This document shows, one piece after another, positions 59,725-64,000 of a stretch of DNA of 64,000 bases. This DNA comes from an uncultured delta proteobacterium (lineage in GTDB: Bacteria; Myxococcota_A; Polyangia; Fen-1088): assembly GCA_963755125.1 (NCBI GenBank), contig CAVWIP010000012.1, positions 256,001 to 320,000 on the forward strand. Reading direction: 5' to 3'. Under the pieces are notes generated by a model. The model was not told the DNA's origin and did no database searches. It worked only from the letters and a program-made list of their open reading frames with translations. A program made the translations under genes and the position numbers. How positions within the stretch are numbered: position 1 is the first letter of the stretch; each line of letters starts with the position of its first letter.

Positions 59725-59748
59725 GCTGCGGAGGCGCGCTTGGAACAG

Positions 59749-61176
59749 CTAAGGGCCACGAGGCCAAAGAAAGCTCATGTGCAATGCCGCCTGACCCACC
59801 GCATAGGCCAGCACCACGAGGTGCGCCCGGCGAGACTTGACGTAGTCGTCTAAGAATACAAATACGATGAAGATGAATCCCAGTAGAGCTGGCATCACCA
59901 ACCGCGCCAGCCAATAGCCCGCCTCATAGACGTACCCAATATAGGGCAACAGGCACGCGATATTGGCGAAAAACGCCAGACTGAAACCCAGGACGATCAC
60001 CTGCTCGCGCAGCGGTCGACACGCGAGTTGGGATCGATCGCGCCACAGGAAGAATAGGATGCGCAGCAGGCAGGCGACGACTGCGACGACGGTCAACGCG
60101 CTCAAGAGAATGGCGGACTTGACCGTGAGTGCCATGCGCGATTGGTTCTGTTCGCTTCGCGCCCCGAAGTACCAGTCGGTCTCGTCGTACTGAAAGATAT
60201 TCAGCACGTCCGTGTACATCGACAAATGAAGCAGCGCGGGGTAGCTGTGCTTATTGTTGATCGAGAGGTTAAAGACTGGCTCTCCATTTACCAAGATGGT
60301 TTCGTCATAACTCGGCGCATGCAGGATTTCTCGGTCGGCCTGCTTGAGGAAAACCAGATTTCGCCATTGCATTTCGTGTCGCCATGTCTGCTTCCACCGT
60401 TCATCGGTGCGTGAATCTCGGTAGTGTCGATACTCGCTGCGCGCGAGTGTTGCCGGTATCGCAACAATCAAGAACAGGGCGACCACCCAAGTCGCGCGAC
60501 TCGCAAAACTGCGGCGGAAGAAGACCAGCAGCAAGAGCGTTACGGCCACCGCCGAGACCATCGTGTATTTTGCCAACAGCCCGAGCATCAGCGTTGCCGA
60601 AAGCAGGGCCGCCAGTACCAGTTGTTTTCGTGGGTTTCTCGTGCGGAGCATCCTCGCGAATAGCAAGATCACGAGACTGAACGGCAAGACGGCCAGCCCA
60701 TCAGTGGCAAGAACTTCCGAGTGGATGAGTCGGAACGGTAAGAACGCCAGCGTGAGCAGGGCAGCGATACGCAAGAGCGGACTCCGGATCATCGACTGAC
60801 TCAATTTGAACCAGGCATAGAGCGCGAACATATTGAGAATCACGAGAATCAGGCTGAGCACTGCCTCGTAATTGGCGGACAACGTAATATGGTGAATGAA
60901 CGCCCCCAACCAATACAGAAGAGGAGGATTGCTGGTTTCGTGGAGCCACCAGTGTGCCGTTTGCATCGCGTGCAGGATGCTATTGGAATGTTGAGGATAA
61001 TCCTGCCCCATGTAGCCATGGTGCAAAAGGGCATTGCCCTGTACCAGGAAGCTGACCAGGAGGATGCCCACCATTGCGCGCACCTCCCACCGTCTGCTTG
61101 GGGAAACCTGAGGTTGAGTTTCTGTCGGCTGCGCGCTCATCGGGTCGGTAGCAGGACCCAGTTTACTTCCCTTCAT
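59749..61176 (-). CDS. Polytopic membrane protein, GT-C-like glycosyltransferase
   Basis: GQDYPQH, NPPLLYW, ATDGL, LLAKY, ARLVMP; about 11 TM helices; lower GC than its neighbours. Confidence 0.6.
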   Translation of the reverse strand: MKGSKLGPATDPMSAQPTETQPQVSPSRRWEVRAMVGILLVSFLVQGNALLHHGYMGQDYPQHSNSILHAMQTAHWWLHETSNPPLLYWLGAFIHHITLSANYEAVLSLILVILNMFALYAWFKLSQSMIRSPLLRIAALLTLAFLPFRLIHSEVLATDGLAVLPFSLVILLFARMLRTRNPRKQLVLAALLSATLMLGLLAKYTMVSAVAVTLLLLVFFRRSFASRATWVVALFLIVAIPATLARSEYRHYRDSRTDERWKQTWRHEMQWRNLVFLKQADREILHAPSYDETILVNGEPVFNLSINNKHSYPALLHLSMYTDVLNIFQYDETDWYFGARSEQNQSRMALTVKSAILLSALTVVAVVACLLRILFFLWRDRSQLACRPLREQVIVLGFSLAFFANIACLLPYIGYVYEAGYWLARLVMPALLGFIFIVFVFLDDYVKSRRAHLVVLAYAVGQAALHMSFLWPRGP

Positions 61177-61317
61177 GCAGCAGCGCCCCTCTCATTCATC
61201 CAAGAAGGGACAATGTGTCAGCCCCTGCTTCCCACTCCGAATTCCAGAACCGCCCGCCGCAAGGGCGCGCGCGCATCGGACGTGCTATGAAACAGCCTCT
61301 AGCAAAGGCGCAAGACC

Positions 61318-62310
61318 ATGCTGCACCGAAAACACGTGGACGCCAAGGGCAACTGGGTGACCTTTCGGCCCGACATCAAGATCCTCGACTGCACCATCCG
61401 CGACGGCGGTCTGATGAACGGCCACCAGTTCGACGAAACCTTTGTCAAGGCCGTCTATGATACCTGCGCGGCCGCCGGCGTGGACTACTGCGAACTGGGC
61501 TACAAGGGGTCCAAGCGCATCTTCGCGCCGGGCGAGCACGGGGCCTGGAAGTACTGTGACGAAGACGCGCTCCGCCGCATCGTGGGCGAGGGGCCGCGCC
61601 CGCTCCGCATCTCGGTCATGGCTGACGTGGATCGCACCGATTACCACACCGACATCCTGCCCAAGGACAAGAGCGTCATCGATTGCGTGCGCGTCGCCTG
61701 CTACATCAACCAGATTCCGGGCGCGGTCGACATGATCAAGGACGCCCACGACAAGGGCTACGAGACCACGCTCAACCTGATGGCCATCTCCAAGGTCCAG
61801 GACCGCGAACTGGAAGAGGCGCTGGCGGTTCTGGCCAAGAGCCCGGTGGACACGGTCTACGTGGTCGACAGCAACGGCGCGCTCTACTCCGAGCAGATTC
61901 ACGACCTGGTGCTCGGTTTCCTGTCAGCGCTGGACGGCACCGGCAAGCACATCGGCATCCATGCCCACAACAACATGCAGCTTGCCTACGCCAACACCGT
62001 CGAGGCGCTCATCGTGGGCGCCGACCGTCTGGACGCCACCATCGCCGGGCTTGGGCGCGGCGCGGGCAACTGCGCGCTCGAACTGCTGCTGGCGTTCCTC
62101 AAGAATCCCAAGTTCCACCTGCGCCCGGTTATCCAGTGCATCGAGCAGCACTTCGTGCCCTTGGCCCAGGAGCTGGACTGGGGCTACAGCATCCCGTACC
62201 TCATCACCGGCATGCTCAACGAACACCCGCGCGCGGCCATTCAGGTGCGCGAAGGCGAGCACAAGGACGCGTACTTGGCTTTCTACGACCAGATGGTCGA
62301 GAAGGACTAG
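61318..62310 (+). CDS. DRE-TIM (HMGL-like) aldolase catalytic domain protein, 4-hydroxy-2-oxovalerate aldolase-like
   Basis: LDCTIRDGG, VDSNG, IHAHNN.QLA.ANT, GLGRGAGN, NEHP. Confidence 0.85.
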   Translation: MLHRKHVDAKGNWVTFRPDIKILDCTIRDGGLMNGHQFDETFVKAVYDTCAAAGVDYCELGYKGSKRIFAPGEHGAWKYCDEDALRRIVGEGPRPLRISVMADVDRTDYHTDILPKDKSVIDCVRVACYINQIPGAVDMIKDAHDKGYETTLNLMAISKVQDRELEEALAVLAKSPVDTVYVVDSNGALYSEQIHDLVLGFLSALDGTGKHIGIHAHNNMQLAYANTVEALIVGADRLDATIAGLGRGAGNCALELLLAFLKNPKFHLRPVIQCIEQHFVPLAQELDWGYSIPYLITGMLNEHPRAAIQVREGEHKDAYLAFYDQMVEKD

Positions 62311-62414
62311 CCAAGTTCCGCTTGAGGCACCGAGGTGACGACGGCCGACGATCCGTGCCGCGCTGAAACGCAGCGAAGATCGACACGTCGTTATTGAAGT
62401 GAGGCGCTCGACCT

Positions 62415-63689
62415 TTGCCAGTCGACAGTTGCAAGCGCTTGCTTTCGGCGGCCACAAGGAAAGCTTCTCTGCTGGCGACGCTGGTTTGCGTTCTGGCGCC
62501 GGGCAGCGCCGTGGCCGGCGAGTTGCGTGCGGCCTCGCCCGGCGAGCTGACCGCTGCGCTCGACGTTCTTGGCGACGCCGACCTGATCGTGCTGACCGAT
62601 CCCGGTCAAAGGCCGGCGCACCTGCGCTTGGCCACGCGGGTGATCGCCCCGGTGGACCGCGTTCGGGCCATGCTGGTGGACCTGGCCGCCTACCGATCCG
62701 CCTTGCCTGCCCTGCGCCGGCTCGAATTCGAGGCGGCGGACAAGCGCCGCTCGGGGTCGGGCCGACTGTCGGAAGGCATGGTGGCCTGGGAACTGGAGGT
62801 TCCGCTGTGGAATCTCGACGGCAAGTTCTGGATGCAGCCCACGCCCACGGGCGCCGACCTCATCGTGATGGAAGGCGACTTCTCTCCCGGTTTGGTCCGA
62901 CTGTCCGCCACGCCAGAGCCAGCCGGCACCACCTTGCTGTCGATGGATGCCCACGCGAACCTGCGCGACGCGAACTGGATCACCAAGCGGATGGTCAAGC
63001 GCAACGCCCTGGCCGAGCCGGGCCTGGCCGCTGCCGCCTTCTACGTCGTGCTACGGGCCCTGCGCTTGCAGGCCGAACACGTGGGCGACGCGCCGGACGC
63101 GCGCCGGCACCCGGCGACGGCGCCGTCGCCGCCTGCACTGTCGGAGCTTGATGGTGCGTGCCTCGCCCGACTGGCAGGTGCAGGATTCCAGGCTCCTGCG
63201 CTGCTGGCCGCGGTTCGCAGCCGCGGCAACGGCCGCCTGTTCGTCGTCCAGATCCTCGCTCTTTCCCGACTTGTTGCCGGCGCTGCCGCGAGCCTGGTCG
63301 CCCGACCTCAGACCTGGCAAGTCCTGCCTGGCTGGCACAAGCTCAGCCCTGGCAAGCCCGCCGGAGATTGCAGCAACGCCACCTGCTGGAAGGTCGATGC
63401 CAGCTTTCCGTTTCTCGATCTCGACGCGACCTGGAAGGTCGGGACGCAGCCTTGGCGCGCAGTCGCCCTGGCAGGGGCCTGCCAAGGGGCAGAGATGGGT
63501 CTGGATCTCGTTCCTTCCGGTGCAGTCACGGCGGTCGTGCTGTCGCTCTACCCGCGCCTGGAAAAAGCCGGCTATGTTCCGCGCAAGTCGATCGAGTCCG
63601 AGCCGCTGTTAGAGCACGGATTGTCGCTTGGCCTGGCCGTGGTCTATACGATCAGCCTGCTGCGCGCGTTGGACGCGAACGAGCGGTAA
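62415..63689 (+). CDS. Secreted hypothetical protein with tandem SRPBCC/START-like domains
   Basis: Signal peptide ending AVA-GE; IAPVDRVRAMLVDLAAY...LP pattern recurring in the second half; start uncertain. Confidence 0.5.
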   Translation: MPVDSCKRLLSAATRKASLLATLVCVLAPGSAVAGELRAASPGELTAALDVLGDADLIVLTDPGQRPAHLRLATRVIAPVDRVRAMLVDLAAYRSALPALRRLEFEAADKRRSGSGRLSEGMVAWELEVPLWNLDGKFWMQPTPTGADLIVMEGDFSPGLVRLSATPEPAGTTLLSMDAHANLRDANWITKRMVKRNALAEPGLAAAAFYVVLRALRLQAEHVGDAPDARRHPATAPSPPALSELDGACLARLAGAGFQAPALLAAVRSRGNGRLFVVQILALSRLVAGAAASLVARPQTWQVLPGWHKLSPGKPAGDCSNATCWKVDASFPFLDLDATWKVGTQPWRAVALAGACQGAEMGLDLVPSGAVTAVVLSLYPRLEKAGYVPRKSIESEPLLEHGLSLGLAVVYTISLLRALDANER

Positions 63690-63727
63690 CGACGCCACAT
63701 CAGGCGGTGAGCGTAGCTCGTCGGCGG

Positions 63728-64000
63728 TCAGTTCGAACAGAAGCCAACCGTGTTTGACGTCCCCAGCTTCTGGCAGAGGGGCGTGGTGCTGCCCTCGCAT
63801 CCCGTGATGGGCTGATTCATCTGGCATATGCTTGCACAAATGAGACTCGGAGTGCAGGTCAGCCCGGGCGCGCACAGTGCCGGCCCAGTACACTGCGCTA
63901 GCGCGGGAAGAACGCCGGCTGGTTGACAGCTCCCTGTACCGTCCGGGTTCGGGTAGCACCCGTTGTTGGCTCCGCAGCTCGTCGTGACGAGGACGTTGCA
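63728..64000 (-). CDS. C-terminal part of a Cys-rich secreted protein (5' end outside the window)
   Basis: Hand translation CNVLVTTSCGANNGCYP...CQPAG...CAPGLTC...CASIC...VGFCSN-stop. Confidence 0.7.
   Translation of the reverse strand, partial: CNVLVTTSCGANNGCYPNPDGTGSCQPAGVLPALAQCTGPALCAPGLTCTPSLICASICQMNQPITGCEGSTTPLCQKLGTSNTVGFCSN

Noticed and set aside
61318..62310. Assigning dmpG/mhpE to the aldolase
   Set aside because: No adjacent acetaldehyde dehydrogenase or meta-cleavage genes, and the C-terminus differs; the substrate cannot be inferred.

Overview
High-GC bacterial chromosomal segment, most likely from a myxobacterium (Myxococcota/Polyangia-like). The inference rests on MYXO-CTERM-like tails, TIGR02266-type PilZ proteins, an FHA-TM-TPR protein, TSP3-OmpA and Cys-rich lipoproteins. 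Housekeeping genes (mrp/apbC, ribA, def, folB, folK, pdxA, yggX, SRP RNA ffs, gltX, truD) are interleaved with secreted enzymes on Gly/Thr linkers (GH59, CE12, CAP, trypsin, beta-helix), a serine hydrolase-NamZ fusion, an NfeD + two-flotillin operon, a two-component pair, a HigBA-type toxin-antitoxin module and an ExbB-ExbD-TonB-OmpA(TSP3)-PP2C cluster. No rRNA, tRNA or CRISPR array was seen. The most unusual signals are five. (1) An array of eight helically phased (11-12 bp) CTGATG-like repeats lies directly upstream of a MerR/Xis-like winged-HTH gene. (2) A 'headless' CCA-enzyme-like HD protein lacks the nucleotidyltransferase domain. (3) An internally deleted IS1182-like element with intact inverted repeats sits between two genes that appear to have lost their 5' ends. 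(4) mrp probably starts at ATT. (5) Three genes carry single-base frameshifts that may be assembly errors. All family calls come from recognising motifs by eye; no database search was run.
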